DNA from: Candidatus Defluviilinea gracilis | Lineage (GTDB): Bacteria > Chloroflexota > Anaerolineae > Anaerolineales > Villigracilaceae | Assembly (NCBI GenBank): GCA_016716235.1 | Contig: JADJWS010000002.1 | Coordinates: forward strand, 74,904 to 138,903 | DNA: 64,000 nucleotides | Reading direction: 5' to 3' | In this document: positions 17,286 to 27,137 of the stretch, piece by piece | Position numbering within the stretch: the stretch's first letter is position 1 | Layout: the number at the start of each line of letters is the position of its first letter | Translations under genes and position numbers: made by a program | The notes under the pieces: model-generated | The model's input: the letters and a program-made list of their open reading frames with translations, nothing else | Told to the model about the DNA's origin: nothing | The model's database searches: none

Positions 17286-17629
17286 GAGGAACCTCCCATC
17301 AGGCTTGCAGGAATACCAAACGTGCCATCAACGACTTCCACGAAAGTCCGTTCTTCGTGAAGGATAAACCGCTTCGCCTGCGCCATTTCAAAGTTTTTAC
17401 GACCTTCCTGGTCTGACTTGAGGCGCGCGCGATAGGCTTCATACGATGCCAGACTATCAAAGGCGATCAATCCCCATGCGATGTTATTTGTTCCCTCGTG
17501 AGGTAGGAAGTAGCCAACAAGATGTCCTCCACAGCGGGGAATGATGCGTCCCCAATTCTCCGCGTATTCCTTGAAAGCATCCCGCTGAAAAGGATCGATC
17601 TCGTAGCGGATGAAACAAGTGATCGTCAT
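17282..17629 (-). CDS. NIPSNAP family protein
   Basis: NIPSNAP-like sequence ([18 protein letters not shown]...SLASYEAYR). 4-nt overlap with the downstream gene. Confidence 0.65.
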   Translation of the reverse strand: MTITCFIRYEIDPFQRDAFKEYAENWGRIIPRCGGHLVGYFLPHEGTNNIAWGLIAFDSLASYEAYRARLKSDQEGRKNFEMAQAKRFILHEERTFVEVVDGTFGIPASLMGGSS

Positions 17630-17654
17630 TGCAAAACTCCTATGTAGTGATGGT

Positions 17655-17765
17655 CAGTACTTCACGAAAGTTCAGGCGACAGTTCGATTGACCAAACAAA
17701 TCGTGCCGACTGCCTTGACGCGGTGTAACCGCATCAAGATCCTATTTTCGTGATCTACTCATAGC
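17655..17765 (-). repeat. Element E copy 2
   Basis: Same architecture as copy 1. Stem differences become G-U pairs only if read as minus-strand RNA. Confidence 0.6.
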
Positions 17766-17847
17766 AGAAACTATGGCGGTTGGGCGCCCAACGGATTGCG
17801 CCATTACGCTGGGGTGGAGACGGCAAACCGTCCAAGCAGAATCAGCC

Positions 17848-18216
17848 TCAAGCGGGGGATGACCGCAGAATCTTCTCCATCGCCTTCCCTTTGGCGAGTT
17901 CATCCACCAGTTTATCCAAATAACGGATTTTTTGCATCAGCGGGTCTTCGATCTCTTCGATGCGCACGCCGCACACGACGCCCGTGATGAGCGACCGATT
18001 TGGGTTCATGGCTGGCGCTTCAGCGAAGAATGTTTTTAGGTCATTTCCCTTTTTGATCTGCTGTTGCAGACCCGCCTGAGTGTAGCCAGTCAACCAACAG
18101 ATGACCTGGTCAACTTCTTTCTTCGTGCGATTCTTTCGCTCCGCTTTTTGAATGTATAGCGGATATACATTCGCAAATATATATCGAAAAACCCGATCGT
18201 TAGATTTATTGTTCAT
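17848..18216 (-). CDS. DUF2200 domain protein
   Basis: Characteristic [29 protein letters not shown]. Confidence 0.65.
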   Translation of the reverse strand: MNNKSNDRVFRYIFANVYPLYIQKAERKNRTKKEVDQVICWLTGYTQAGLQQQIKKGNDLKTFFAEAPAMNPNRSLITGVVCGVRIEEIEDPLMQKIRYLDKLVDELAKGKAMEKILRSSPA

Positions 18217-18448
18217 GGCTTGGTTCCTCGTTAGGCGCGGACTTTACAGAAACACTATTTTTTCGCGGTTTGCCATAGGATTTGGTTGATATGCCCGTCC
18301 TGCGACTTTATATTCTTATATGACTTTTGCGCGATCTGTTCAAGGGTCGGCAATTTTACAGCACACAATCAAATTAATTGCCGCGTTGACTCGTTGGGCG
18401 CAGATGAGTTTTTCTTTGCAGGTTAACGGTTGGCGTTTAGCGAACAGA

Positions 18449-19912
18449 TTATGGTTGAAGTGTAAATTTTTGTGAAGTATCGTCCCAAACATATATCTCA
18501 TACTGTTTTTCAAGAGAGAAACATTCAAATGTTGTGACGCAATCTTCTTTATGATATGGTAATCCAATAGTTAACAAAATGTGTTTATCTTTTAACTGCA
18601 CTTGTACGCCTGCCGTATCTTCGTCATGAACTATACCACTTGCTTTATATATTAATTCTGCGCCTTTTTCAACATCAAAAATCCATGCTGTTTGATGTAG
18701 AAAACCAGATCTTATAACCAATTCGGGAAATGAAGTTTGGGTGATATTTACCCATTGGAAAGAAAGGAAATTAGAGTCGCAGCCTTCAACTTTTTGCTTT
18801 GTAATAAACCTCATCTGCTCTAAAGAAGAAATGTTCCCGTCGTTGGAATTCCATGTCCAAATAACCATATCGCACTTTTCATTAACTGCAACATAATAGG
18901 ATTTATCGTTTAAGTGGTAGTCGGTCATGAGTATATTTTTTGGAACCCAAATTGGGTTTTGGTCTCCTTTCAACTCAAAACAAGGGAGCGTAAGGGGTGA
19001 CTCGGTAGTATCATCCTTGATGCCGAAAAAATCATTATAAGTTTCCATTTGATGTTGGGGGGATGCGTTTTCTCCTGCAAAAGAATTAATCATGAAAACC
19101 GCGCGCCCATCGCCATAACTATCTGAGGATATATTCACATTGAATCCAGGTATTTCTTTGGAATTTATCTCAGTAAATTTATCATTTTCCCAGATGTATT
19201 TTTTCGTGATATGAGGGTTGACAGTGTGTGTGGGTTGAAACACGCTGTTGTACCACAGATTTCCAGACGGGTCACAAACTTCATTTGTTGTGTAGTTGCT
19301 GCTTTGTTTATATCCCACAACATTGATTTCAATATGACTATCTATAATAGATGACGTTCCTTTTGAATATCCCCAAGATGATTGGCGTCCATCTCCTGAG
19401 CGTCCTTCATAGTAACGGGTAAATGAAATTGAGTCGCATTTTTCTTCTTTACACCTGACGATATTTCGGTCAATAGCAACAGAGAAAACACCTGTCCCGC
19501 CCCAACTTCCTAAGAAATCTACAAATATGTAGGGATGTGAAAATTTTTGCTGAACTAATGAGTCGTACCATCCACGTGATTCTAAAAAATAAATCTCTCC
19601 CCATTGGTCAGATGTATCCAATTGATAGATTGAAAAAAAAGACCATTTGGGGAGTGAAATCGAGCCTGAGATAAGTATCTCTTTTTTTCCATCTTCATTT
19701 ACATCTATATCTTCTCGTTGGTAAATAACATCTCCCGCAAACTGTTCAAATGTTGGTTTGTCCCCATTGCCTACGGCGGAGATGTTGTGATTTTCATAGA
19801 AAATACGCAAAATATCATTATCTGGTACGGAACTTTCTTTGCCCTGCCTGATACATGAATTTATAAAAATAGTTACTAATATTAAAACAATGCTTGCCGT
19901 TTTGTTTTTCAT
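18449..19912 (-). CDS. Large hypothetical lipoprotein (AT-rich island; FG-GAP/VCBS-like Ca-binding motif)
   Basis: Lipobox FINSC. DVNEDGKKEILISG resembles an FG-GAP/VCBS loop. About 35% GC. Confidence 0.5.
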   Translation of the reverse strand: MKNKTASIVLILVTIFINSCIRQGKESSVPDNDILRIFYENHNISAVGNGDKPTFEQFAGDVIYQREDIDVNEDGKKEILISGSISLPKWSFFSIYQLDTSDQWGEIYFLESRGWYDSLVQQKFSHPYIFVDFLGSWGGTGVFSVAIDRNIVRCKEEKCDSISFTRYYEGRSGDGRQSSWGYSKGTSSIIDSHIEINVVGYKQSSNYTTNEVCDPSGNLWYNSVFQPTHTVNPHITKKYIWENDKFTEINSKEIPGFNVNISSDSYGDGRAVFMINSFAGENASPQHQMETYNDFFGIKDDTTESPLTLPCFELKGDQNPIWVPKNILMTDYHLNDKSYYVAVNEKCDMVIWTWNSNDGNISSLEQMRFITKQKVEGCDSNFLSFQWVNITQTSFPELVIRSGFLHQTAWIFDVEKGAELIYKASGIVHDEDTAGVQVQLKDKHILLTIGLPYHKEDCVTTFECFSLEKQYEIYVWDDTSQKFTLQP

Positions 19913-20069
19913 GCTTTCTCAGATTCCCAATTAGCCAGCCAACTACGTCTTAATCCTACTTTTTGCCGTATAAGACGCCGTAAGGGTGGTTGTCCGTCAA
20001 AATCGTTGTATAATTACCCATGCGCGACATTATACGTCACATTTCTAAAAGGCAGTCATCTTATAACTC

Positions 20070-20567
20070 ATGCCTCAATCCGATCAAGGACTCAACAACG
20101 CCCGCTACACCCTCATCCCGCGCACGGCGATATTGTTGCGGCGCGGAGACTCATACCTGCTCCTCAAAGGCGCGCCGACGAAACGTCTGTGGGCGAATAA
20201 GTACAACGGACTCGGCGGTCACGTGGAGAGAGGGGAGGATGTTCTCGCGTCTGCGAAGCGTGAGTTGCTTGAAGAGACCGGTCTTACGGCGGATCTATGG
20301 CTGTGCGGAACGGTCATCGTTGACGCGGGCGAAACAGGGATATGTTTATTTATGTTCACGGGGAATGTAACGGGCGGCGAATTAATCGCCTCGGAAGAAG
20401 GTTTGGCGGAGTGGGTTGAATACAAGAAGATTGGAGAATTGGACGTTGTCGAGGATTTGCCGATTCTGCTGGGGAGAATTCATGGCATGAAGCGCGGCGA
20501 TCCGCCGTTCAGCGCGCGGTCGTTTTACGATGAGGCGGGGAAATTGGTTGTGAGGTTTGAGGAGTAA
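20070..20567 (+). CDS. NUDIX hydrolase
   Basis: Nudix box GGHVERGEDVLASAKRELLEETGL. Confidence 0.85.
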   Translation: MPQSDQGLNNARYTLIPRTAILLRRGDSYLLLKGAPTKRLWANKYNGLGGHVERGEDVLASAKRELLEETGLTADLWLCGTVIVDAGETGICLFMFTGNVTGGELIASEEGLAEWVEYKKIGELDVVEDLPILLGRIHGMKRGDPPFSARSFYDEAGKLVVRFEE

Positions 20568-20569
20568 AT

Positions 20570-20592
20570 CCCCTCTCCCTTTGGGAGAGGGT
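20570..20592. terminator. Hairpin between the convergent NUDIX and histidine kinase genes
   Basis: CCCTCTCC-CTTTG-GGAGAGGG fills most of the 38-nt gap. Confidence 0.45.
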
Positions 20593-20605
20593 TAGGGTGA
20601 GGGTT

Positions 20606-21772
20606 TTAACTTCCCTTTTTCAGTATGATCGTAAATGTGCTGCCCCTGCCCGGCGTGCTGGTCACGGTCAACTTTCCCTGATGTTGTTCGATGACCTGTT
20701 TCGTGATGGCGAGTCCCAGCCCGATGCCGCCGAAGAGATCGTTCTCGTGTCGTTCGAGATGATAGAAGCGGTCGAAGACATTCGTCAACTTTTCTTTTTC
20801 GATCCCAATGCCGTGATCCTCCACCGAAAGCAAAATATCATCGGCGCGCGCGCTGAGGCGCACATCCACGTCTCCGCCTTTGGGGCTGAACTTGATGGCG
20901 TTGTCCACCAGAGCCGAGAGAGCGCGCTCGAGGGATTTCGAGTCGCCGAACGCGCGAGGCAGGCTGACGTTGGGAGCGAAGCGCAGGTTTACATTCCGCT
21001 CGACGGCTTTAGGCGCATATTTATCCGTCACGTTTTTTGCGACCGAGTTCAAATCCACCGCTTGAAATTCGGGGAGGACGAGGTCCATCTCTTGCAAGAA
21101 CAGGATGTCGTTGACGAGGCTGACGATCTGCTGGACGTTGCGACTCACCGTTTCTATCCCAGTGGAGATCTGGTCGCCGCTCATCGCGCCTTTTTGCAAC
21201 ATCTGGAGATACCCGCTCGCCGCCATCAGCGGAGTCCGCAACTCGTGCGCGATGTTGGAGAGAAACTCGCGGCGGGCGAGGTCTTGCTCGGCAAGTTTTT
21301 GATACGCCTCGGCGAGTTCGCTCGCGCGCAAGCGGAGGTCGTCCACCGCCATTTGATCGTTCGAGCGTAAGCGGTTGCTGATCTCGCTGACCATCGCCAT
21401 GGCGATACTGCTGGAGGAATGAAGCACGCGGTCGAAACCGGGCTTGTCGAGTTCGAGCGCGGTGAGCGCGGTCTTTGCGGTGACGGTCGCGGCGCGCGGC
21501 GCGTTGTGGATGAGCGCCATCTCGCCGAAGAAATCGCCGGGTCCTAGAGTTTTGAGCAGGCGCGTTTCGGAGTTGTTGATGACCTTGGTCACTTCGGCGT
21601 CGCCTTCGAGGATCATGTAGAAGCGGGCTTCCACCGCGTTCTCGCGGCACAACACCGCGCCGGGCGCGTACGCGTGTACCTGGCTGTTCTTGATCAATTC
21701 CTCGATCTCGTCCGGTTTGATGCCGGGGAAGGCTCGCGGGATGATCTTCGACGGGGCGCGGAGGTTCGTCAT
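20606..21772 (-). CDS. Soluble histidine kinase with an N-terminal cyclic-nucleotide-binding domain
   Basis: cNMP-binding motif FFGEMALIHNAPRAATV, H-box SNIAHELRTPL, HATPase G-boxes (DHGIGI, GIGLGLAI). No TM segments. Confidence 0.8.
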   Translation of the reverse strand: MTNLRAPSKIIPRAFPGIKPDEIEELIKNSQVHAYAPGAVLCRENAVEARFYMILEGDAEVTKVINNSETRLLKTLGPGDFFGEMALIHNAPRAATVTAKTALTALELDKPGFDRVLHSSSSIAMAMVSEISNRLRSNDQMAVDDLRLRASELAEAYQKLAEQDLARREFLSNIAHELRTPLMAASGYLQMLQKGAMSGDQISTGIETVSRNVQQIVSLVNDILFLQEMDLVLPEFQAVDLNSVAKNVTDKYAPKAVERNVNLRFAPNVSLPRAFGDSKSLERALSALVDNAIKFSPKGGDVDVRLSARADDILLSVEDHGIGIEKEKLTNVFDRFYHLERHENDLFGGIGLGLAITKQVIEQHQGKLTVTSTPGRGSTFTIILKKGS

Positions 21773-21966
21773 GGTGCGATTATTTTAGCATGGCGGGAGA
21801 TTCGAATCGAAGCCCCATTTGAACTAAAAGGAAATTGCAAGGATGAATCTCGTAGCGCGAAATGCCATTTCGCCTTTGATACCTTATACAACCCCTTTGG
21901 ACGCAGACCCTTGCACCGCCCGCAAGGGCAGGTGAAAACGCTGACCCCGCTGATTCAAAGACAAGA

Positions 21967-22040
21967 CTTACGCAGTTGGCGGACAGTTGCACTGCCGCCG
22001 CCGCAGTGCAACTACGGCACAACAGGTTCAACTGCGTAAG
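21967..22040. repeat. Distal REP-B pair nested in a 12-bp inverted repeat
   Basis: Outer inverted repeat CTTACGCAGTTG / CAACTGCGTAAG. Inner hairpins GGCGGACAG-TTGCA-CTGCCGCC and GCCGCAG-TGCAA-CTACGGC are in opposite loop orientation. Confidence 0.65.
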
Positions 22041-22066
22041 TCCTAAAAGAAAGAAAATCTGCGTAT

Positions 22067-22861
22067 TCAGCGTGAATCAGCGTCCCGATTTTTCGGGAAC
22101 CATGGAAAGAACGCGCTGGTCTTTCGCATGTACTCCTCGTAACCGGGCTTGCTTTGCATCGTCCGTTCGAGCATTGCCACGCCGGAGACGCGGAGCAAAA
22201 GCCACGTCATCAAGATGGGGGAGAGGATCGTCCACCACGCGCCAACCGCGAGGGCGATGATGAAGATTCCCCACCATACGATTGTTTCACCAAAATAGTT
22301 CGGGTGACGTGAGAACTTCCACAAACCCGACGTAAGCAATTTCCCCTTGTTTTTTGGATTACGCTTGAACAAAGTCAACTGCAAGTCCGCGATGGATTCA
22401 AAGAGCAAACCGAATCCCCAGATCAACGCGCCGAGCAAATCCATTGGCGTGAGGATGACAGGGTATCCAAACGATTGCGCGGCAAGGATAGGCGCGCTGA
22501 TGAGCCACATCAAGAATCCCTGTAGGAGAAATACTTTGAAGAATGAAATCCACCACCAGCGCGGACCGTTCTCTTCGCGCCATTTGGCATAGCGGAAATC
22601 TTCGGGCTTGTTCCAATTGCGGAGTCCGATGTGAAGCGCGAGGCGCAGTCCCCAGAGCGTGACCATTACGCACATCCATTGTTTGCGCGGGATGTAGCCG
22701 TATCCGTATGAAAATCCCAGCCACGCAACGACGATAAAGCCAATGCCCCAGAAAATATCCACGATGCTGGAGTTCTTCAGCGCGAGACTCAATAGCCAGA
22801 GCAGGGTCATCAGGCAGAGAATGACGAGCCCACTGTTGAGGAAAAGTATCGTGAATGGCAT
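22067..22861 (-). CDS. DUF1295 / steroid 5-alpha-reductase-like membrane protein
   Basis: Multi-TM protein with the FSRHPNYFGETIVWWG motif. Confidence 0.7.
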   Translation of the reverse strand: MPFTILFLNSGLVILCLMTLLWLLSLALKNSSIVDIFWGIGFIVVAWLGFSYGYGYIPRKQWMCVMVTLWGLRLALHIGLRNWNKPEDFRYAKWREENGPRWWWISFFKVFLLQGFLMWLISAPILAAQSFGYPVILTPMDLLGALIWGFGLLFESIADLQLTLFKRNPKNKGKLLTSGLWKFSRHPNYFGETIVWWGIFIIALAVGAWWTILSPILMTWLLLRVSGVAMLERTMQSKPGYEEYMRKTSAFFPWFPKNRDADSR

Positions 22862-22927
22862 AGTAATTTTGAAATTAATTTCGGGGGCTGGACAGATTAC
22901 TTTTCCAAATTAATCCAACAACAAAAC

Positions 22928-22998
22928 CTTCCTCGCTGAGCGGAGCGTCCTTCGACTGCGTTCGTCGCAACGAACGCTCCTCACTCCGCTCAGGACGA
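22928..22998. repeat. P1-related palindromic repeat (variant)
   Basis: CTGAGCGGAGCG...CTCCGCTCAGGACG arms around the hairpin GCGTTCGT-CGCA-ACGAACGC. Confidence 0.55.
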
Positions 22999-23087
22999 AA
23001 CATGATTTGGGATGAGCGTAGACGAAGCGCAGGCTGGAAGACGCGATGGGATTGCTAGATTTAATTGTAAAAATGCAAAATCTCGCG

Positions 23088-23651
23088 TTACGAATGTCGT
23101 TGATAAAACACCAGCAATGTCGTTCCGTATTTCCGCTCATCGAACTTTTCAAGATTCTTCAACTCGACCGTGTTGAACTTGAATTCGCGCGGCGCGATCT
23201 GCACAATGACCCAGCCGTCATCCGTGAGCCATTCGAGATTATCGTCCACGAGTTCCAGCGCTTTCACCCACATATCCTTGTACTGCGGGGGAGCGATGTA
23301 GATGTATTCAAACTTTTTATCGGCTGGCGATGCGAGATACGCGAACGCATCTGCCCGGCGGATTTCTGACTGCGCCGTGAATCCGCAATGCTCCACGTTG
23401 GATTTGATCGTCTCGACGGGTTCGCGATTCGAATCCGTAAAGCGGACGGATGCCGCGCCTCGGCTCAACGCTTCGATGCCGACTGCCCCGGTGCCTGCGA
23501 ACAGGTCCCACCAGTTGGAGTCGATCACGTCGCTGGCGATGATGTTGAACAACGCCTCCTTGACACGGTCGGTGATGGGGCGCGTCGTATCGCCCGTCAC
23601 CGATTTCAATTTACGACCTCTTGCTTTGCCAGAAATGACTCGTAGACTCAT
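23088..23651 (-). CDS. rsmD: 16S rRNA (guanine966-N2)-methyltransferase RsmD
   Basis: ISGKARGRKLKS...RPITDRVKEALFNI and the SAM motif DLFAGTGAVGIEALSRGA. Confidence 0.85.
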   Translation of the reverse strand: MSLRVISGKARGRKLKSVTGDTTRPITDRVKEALFNIIASDVIDSNWWDLFAGTGAVGIEALSRGAASVRFTDSNREPVETIKSNVEHCGFTAQSEIRRADAFAYLASPADKKFEYIYIAPPQYKDMWVKALELVDDNLEWLTDDGWVIVQIAPREFKFNTVELKNLEKFDERKYGTTLLVFYQRHS

Positions 23652-25297
23652 GGAATTTGTTTGACCTCGCAGAATATCGCATCTCCCCGGCGGATTTGGA
23701 TCACCGGCGGCGCGTCTCTGAAAATGGAGCGGTCATTATTTGTGCGTGTGTTGACCAGAACATAGTCGCCTGATTTCACTTCGCTCATTTCGTTCCGTAG
23801 ATCGCGGACGATGGTGTTGCTCCCGGAATAATAGTCGGCAATGTATGCTTCACGCAGGACAAAGACATTCGCTGGTTGACTCAAACTCGCGTCCAATTTT
23901 TGCATCGCTTCTTTATAACAAGTAAGCCAGTATTCCGTTTCGTATTTGCGAAAGACTCCGCTCGTGCCGCCGACAAACGAATTGTAATACGCGTATTCGT
24001 AGGGATGGAGCTGGACGATCCCGTTGATGCCCGGCAAAAGGATCAGTAAAACAAGTCCAGCGCGTAGCCAAACTGGTTGAGTTGCTCGAATTGAGATTTG
24101 CTCAAATACAATTGTGATTTGCTCAAATACAAATTCAAATACGAAACCAGCAAAGATAAACACCGGCGGCAGGATAAAAAGGAAATGACGCAAGCCATCG
24201 TACACGGCTGGTCGAAGGATGAGGACGTAAGCGACGAGAAGGATGAACCAAGCGAGGGTCAAAGCCAGAGATGCAAATTCTTTTGAATTCGTTTTGAATT
24301 TCCAAAAACCGATCAGAACTCCAACCGCGAATAAAATCCATGTCGGTTCGGTGAGCGTTGACCACAGCATGAAGGGGAGGTAGCGGCGCGGCATGTCGTT
24401 GGCGCGGAATATCTCGCCGTTGAATAACACAGCCAATTGCGTCGGGTTATCGGACATGAACTTGAGCGTTCCGAAGAGTCCTGCAATTGGATTTTCCCAA
24501 AGATAGGGCCAGGTGAGGAGCATCACCGCGATGGCAACTACAACATAAATCATAAATGGTCGAAAATATTTTTTCGGTGAAGCCGAGTCCGCTTGAGCGG
24601 ACTTGGTAGGAATAGTCGCGGATTTCAATCCGCGGCGGGCAAAGATGATGAAGATGGCATAACCAAGCACAATCATTCCAGCCAGAGGTCCCAGCACGCG
24701 GATGGATGTTGCGATGCCTAAACAAAACGATGCGGCGAGAACTTTCCACCAACTATTTTTTGCGCCTGTTGTAATTTCGTCCACCACCTCGAAGCCGAGA
24801 CAGACTGACGCGAGAAAGAAAACTAAAAAGGGAGGGTCTTTCGGGTTGATGAAGGCATGTCCCCACAATAAAGGTTGATAGGAAAAAAACGCAGTCGTTG
24901 CGAGCGCGGCGGACGGTTTCATCCAGCGCGTGGACAGCCGATAGAGGAAATAAACTCCAAGTTGGAAAAAGACGAAATTGACGAGGTGCCAGGCTGAGGC
25001 GCGGTCAGAACCGAGGTCTTCCAATCCGTAGGCAAAATTGCGCGCAAGAAAAAGGTAGGCGGGTCCGCGCGTCTTGTGATCCTCCGCGCTGGGCCCGTAT
25101 GAATTTTCGAGATCGAAATGTCCGCTGAACCATTCATGCGGCGAATAGGCATATCCGAGCGCGTCGGCATAATCGTAAAAGAGCGGCTCGTCCCATGAAA
25201 GCCCGTAGTCGCGGAAAACAAAAACGCCGACCAATAGATTGACGGCGAGCAAGATGTAAATCGGTTTTTGGATGATTCGCCCAAAAAGGGATTTCAT
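23648..25297 (-). CDS. GT39/ArnT-like membrane glycosyltransferase (PMT family)
   Basis: 549 aa with more than 10 TM helices and an N-terminal DE-containing loop (GLSWDEPLFYDYADA), typical of the GT-C/PMT_2 family. Confidence 0.65.
   Translation of the reverse strand: MKSLFGRIIQKPIYILLAVNLLVGVFVFRDYGLSWDEPLFYDYADALGYAYSPHEWFSGHFDLENSYGPSAEDHKTRGPAYLFLARNFAYGLEDLGSDRASAWHLVNFVFFQLGVYFLYRLSTRWMKPSAALATTAFFSYQPLLWGHAFINPKDPPFLVFFLASVCLGFEVVDEITTGAKNSWWKVLAASFCLGIATSIRVLGPLAGMIVLGYAIFIIFARRGLKSATIPTKSAQADSASPKKYFRPFMIYVVVAIAVMLLTWPYLWENPIAGLFGTLKFMSDNPTQLAVLFNGEIFRANDMPRRYLPFMLWSTLTEPTWILFAVGVLIGFWKFKTNSKEFASLALTLAWFILLVAYVLILRPAVYDGLRHFLFILPPVFIFAGFVFEFVFEQITIVFEQISIRATQPVWLRAGLVLLILLPGINGIVQLHPYEYAYYNSFVGGTSGVFRKYETEYWLTCYKEAMQKLDASLSQPANVFVLREAYIADYYSGSNTIVRDLRNEMSEVKSGDYVLVNTRTNNDRSIFRDAPPVIQIRRGDAIFCEVKQIP
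24586..24634. repeat. Two adjacent palindromes inside the GT39 CDS
   Basis: AGTCCGC-TTGA-GCGGACT (24586-24603) and CGCGGATT-TC-AATCCGCG (24617-24634). Confidence 0.75.
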
Positions 25298-25923
25298 AAC
25301 AACGTGTTGCCGGCGGCGTCAAAAGCCTTGATCTCCGCTTTGACCGCTGGGCTGTTCGGGTACTCGCTTTCGAGCAGACCCCAGATCATCGAGTCGCTCC
25401 ACTCATCGAGAAACGGCGTTTTTGCGCGGAGCGTGCCTTCGTGCGTGAAGCCGAGTTTGCGCGGCACAGCGGCAGAGGCTGTGTTGCGAGGGTCGCAATG
25501 AATTTCAATTCGGTGAATGTGGATAATTTCAAAAGCGACTTTGATTAACGCGGCGGTGGATTCGGTCACGAGTCCTTGTTTGACAAAATCTTTGTGAATC
25601 CAATACCCGATCTCAAGTTCTTTTTCGCCGAGCCGCGTGTGGAATCCTGTTCCGCCGAGCAACCGCGTTTCTTCGCGGTTGAAAATCCCATAAGTGAAAT
25701 CTTGTCCCAGATCGAATTTGCCGCGAAATTCCAAAACACGCTTTGCCTTGTATTCAAACGGCTCAGGTTCATTGTGCGCCCACGGCATCCATGGCTTGAG
25801 ATGCTCCACGCTTTCGCGCACCGAGTCCTCGAGCAACGTCGCGTCCGTCGGCTGATAGCATCGCACCACAAGCCGCGCGGTTTCGATTCGATACGCTGGG
25901 TTGGCAACTTTTGAATCGCTCAT
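25294..25923 (-). CDS. GNAT N-acetyltransferase (RimJ/RimL-like)
   Basis: RimJ/L-like pattern (YRIETARLVVR..., HRIEIHCDPRNTASAAVPRKLGF). Confidence 0.75.
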   Translation of the reverse strand: MSDSKVANPAYRIETARLVVRCYQPTDATLLEDSVRESVEHLKPWMPWAHNEPEPFEYKAKRVLEFRGKFDLGQDFTYGIFNREETRLLGGTGFHTRLGEKELEIGYWIHKDFVKQGLVTESTAALIKVAFEIIHIHRIEIHCDPRNTASAAVPRKLGFTHEGTLRAKTPFLDEWSDSMIWGLLESEYPNSPAVKAEIKAFDAAGNTLL

Positions 25924-27137
25924 TTTCTTTTACCAGACTTTTTCTTCGTAGGTTTTTTGCCAAACCCGTTCAGCAACGCGTTCATCTCTTTTTCCTCGCC
26001 CGCCTGCCCTTTGAAATAATCGTTCATGAACACAGACCGCCGCAAACGCAACGCCATCGGCGCGACAATTTTCAGATCCTCATTCGTCACTTCATTGCGT
26101 CCATCCGCCGCCGCATACGCGCGCGCCGACTCAAACCACGTGATCTCAGCGCGCAGTGAATCGATTCCCATTTTTTGGACGAGCGCGATGGCGGGATTCG
26201 CAATCGAATCGGGGATGGTGACTCTCTTCATCTGCTCGCGCGCGCTGCGGATTTCTCCAGCCGCCGCTTCCATCTCCGGGGCAAACTGGTTCACCAAGTG
26301 ACGCGGATTCGCCAGGTACGCATGGACTCGGCGGTACGCCTCCAGCCTCAGCGACGCATCGTCCAAGCCGCGGACGATAACCCGGAGTCCGAAGCGATCC
26401 AAAATTTGCGGGCGGAGTCTGCCCTCTTCGGGATTCATCGAGCCGATCAACACGAAGCGCGAGCGATACGTCGCCGCGACGGGTCCGCGCCGAACGGTGT
26501 ACGATCCCTGCGCGGCGGCGTCGAGGATCGAATCAACGACATCGTCTGCGAGCAGGTTGATCTCGTCAATGTACAACAAGTTGCGATCTGCTTGTGCAAG
26601 TATTCCCCGACGAATTCGCATCCGTTCGTGGATGGCGGCTCGTTCGTCAATGCCGCCGACCACATCTTCAAGCCGCGCGTTCAACGGCAGTTCGATCAAG
26701 CGGACTTTGTCCGGCGCGGTGAGCGGTTTGCCCTCGGCGAATTTCTTCGCGCAGTCCGGGCAAACGGCATCCACTCCGCCCGCTTCAATGTCTTCAGGCA
26801 GACAACCGTACGGGCATGTGCTTCGCTCGACCATTGGGAGCAAATCCAAAAGACTTCGTACAGCCGTCGTCTTCGCCGTGCCGCGCGGACCGACCAGTAA
26901 AATCCCGCCCACATTCGGGTTGATCAACGCGAGCAACAGCGCGAGTTTCATTTCCTGTTGCCCGACGATGGCGAGGAACGGGAAGGGAAGCGCTTCGGTC
27001 ACGCGCCCATCTTCCGAGGTGAGCGGCGGGAGATTTTTCCCGGAAACAAAATCCACCAGTTCGCGCAGACTTTTGAACGAGTGCGCGACCGGTTCTTTTT
27101 CTTCCGATTCGGGTTGGGTGAGTTCGGGTTCGGTCAT
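25920..27137 (-). CDS. ChlI/BchI-like AAA+ ATPase with a Cys4 insertion
   Basis: Walker A GPRGTAKTT and Walker B LLYIDEINLL. Insertion CPYGC...CPDC. Lys-rich C-terminal tail. No ChlD/ChlH-type partner in the window. Confidence 0.7.
   Translation of the reverse strand: MTEPELTQPESEEKEPVAHSFKSLRELVDFVSGKNLPPLTSEDGRVTEALPFPFLAIVGQQEMKLALLLALINPNVGGILLVGPRGTAKTTAVRSLLDLLPMVERSTCPYGCLPEDIEAGGVDAVCPDCAKKFAEGKPLTAPDKVRLIELPLNARLEDVVGGIDERAAIHERMRIRRGILAQADRNLLYIDEINLLADDVVDSILDAAAQGSYTVRRGPVAATYRSRFVLIGSMNPEEGRLRPQILDRFGLRVIVRGLDDASLRLEAYRRVHAYLANPRHLVNQFAPEMEAAAGEIRSAREQMKRVTIPDSIANPAIALVQKMGIDSLRAEITWFESARAYAAADGRNEVTNEDLKIVAPMALRLRRSVFMNDYFKGQAGEEKEMNALLNGFGKKPTKKKSGKRK

Noticed and set aside
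25920-27137. Magnesium chelatase subunit I, implying bacteriochlorophyll synthesis
   Set aside because: No ChlD/ChlH or other pigment genes are nearby. The context is a GNAT, a glycosyltransferase and rsmD. I call it only a ChlI-like AAA+ ATPase.
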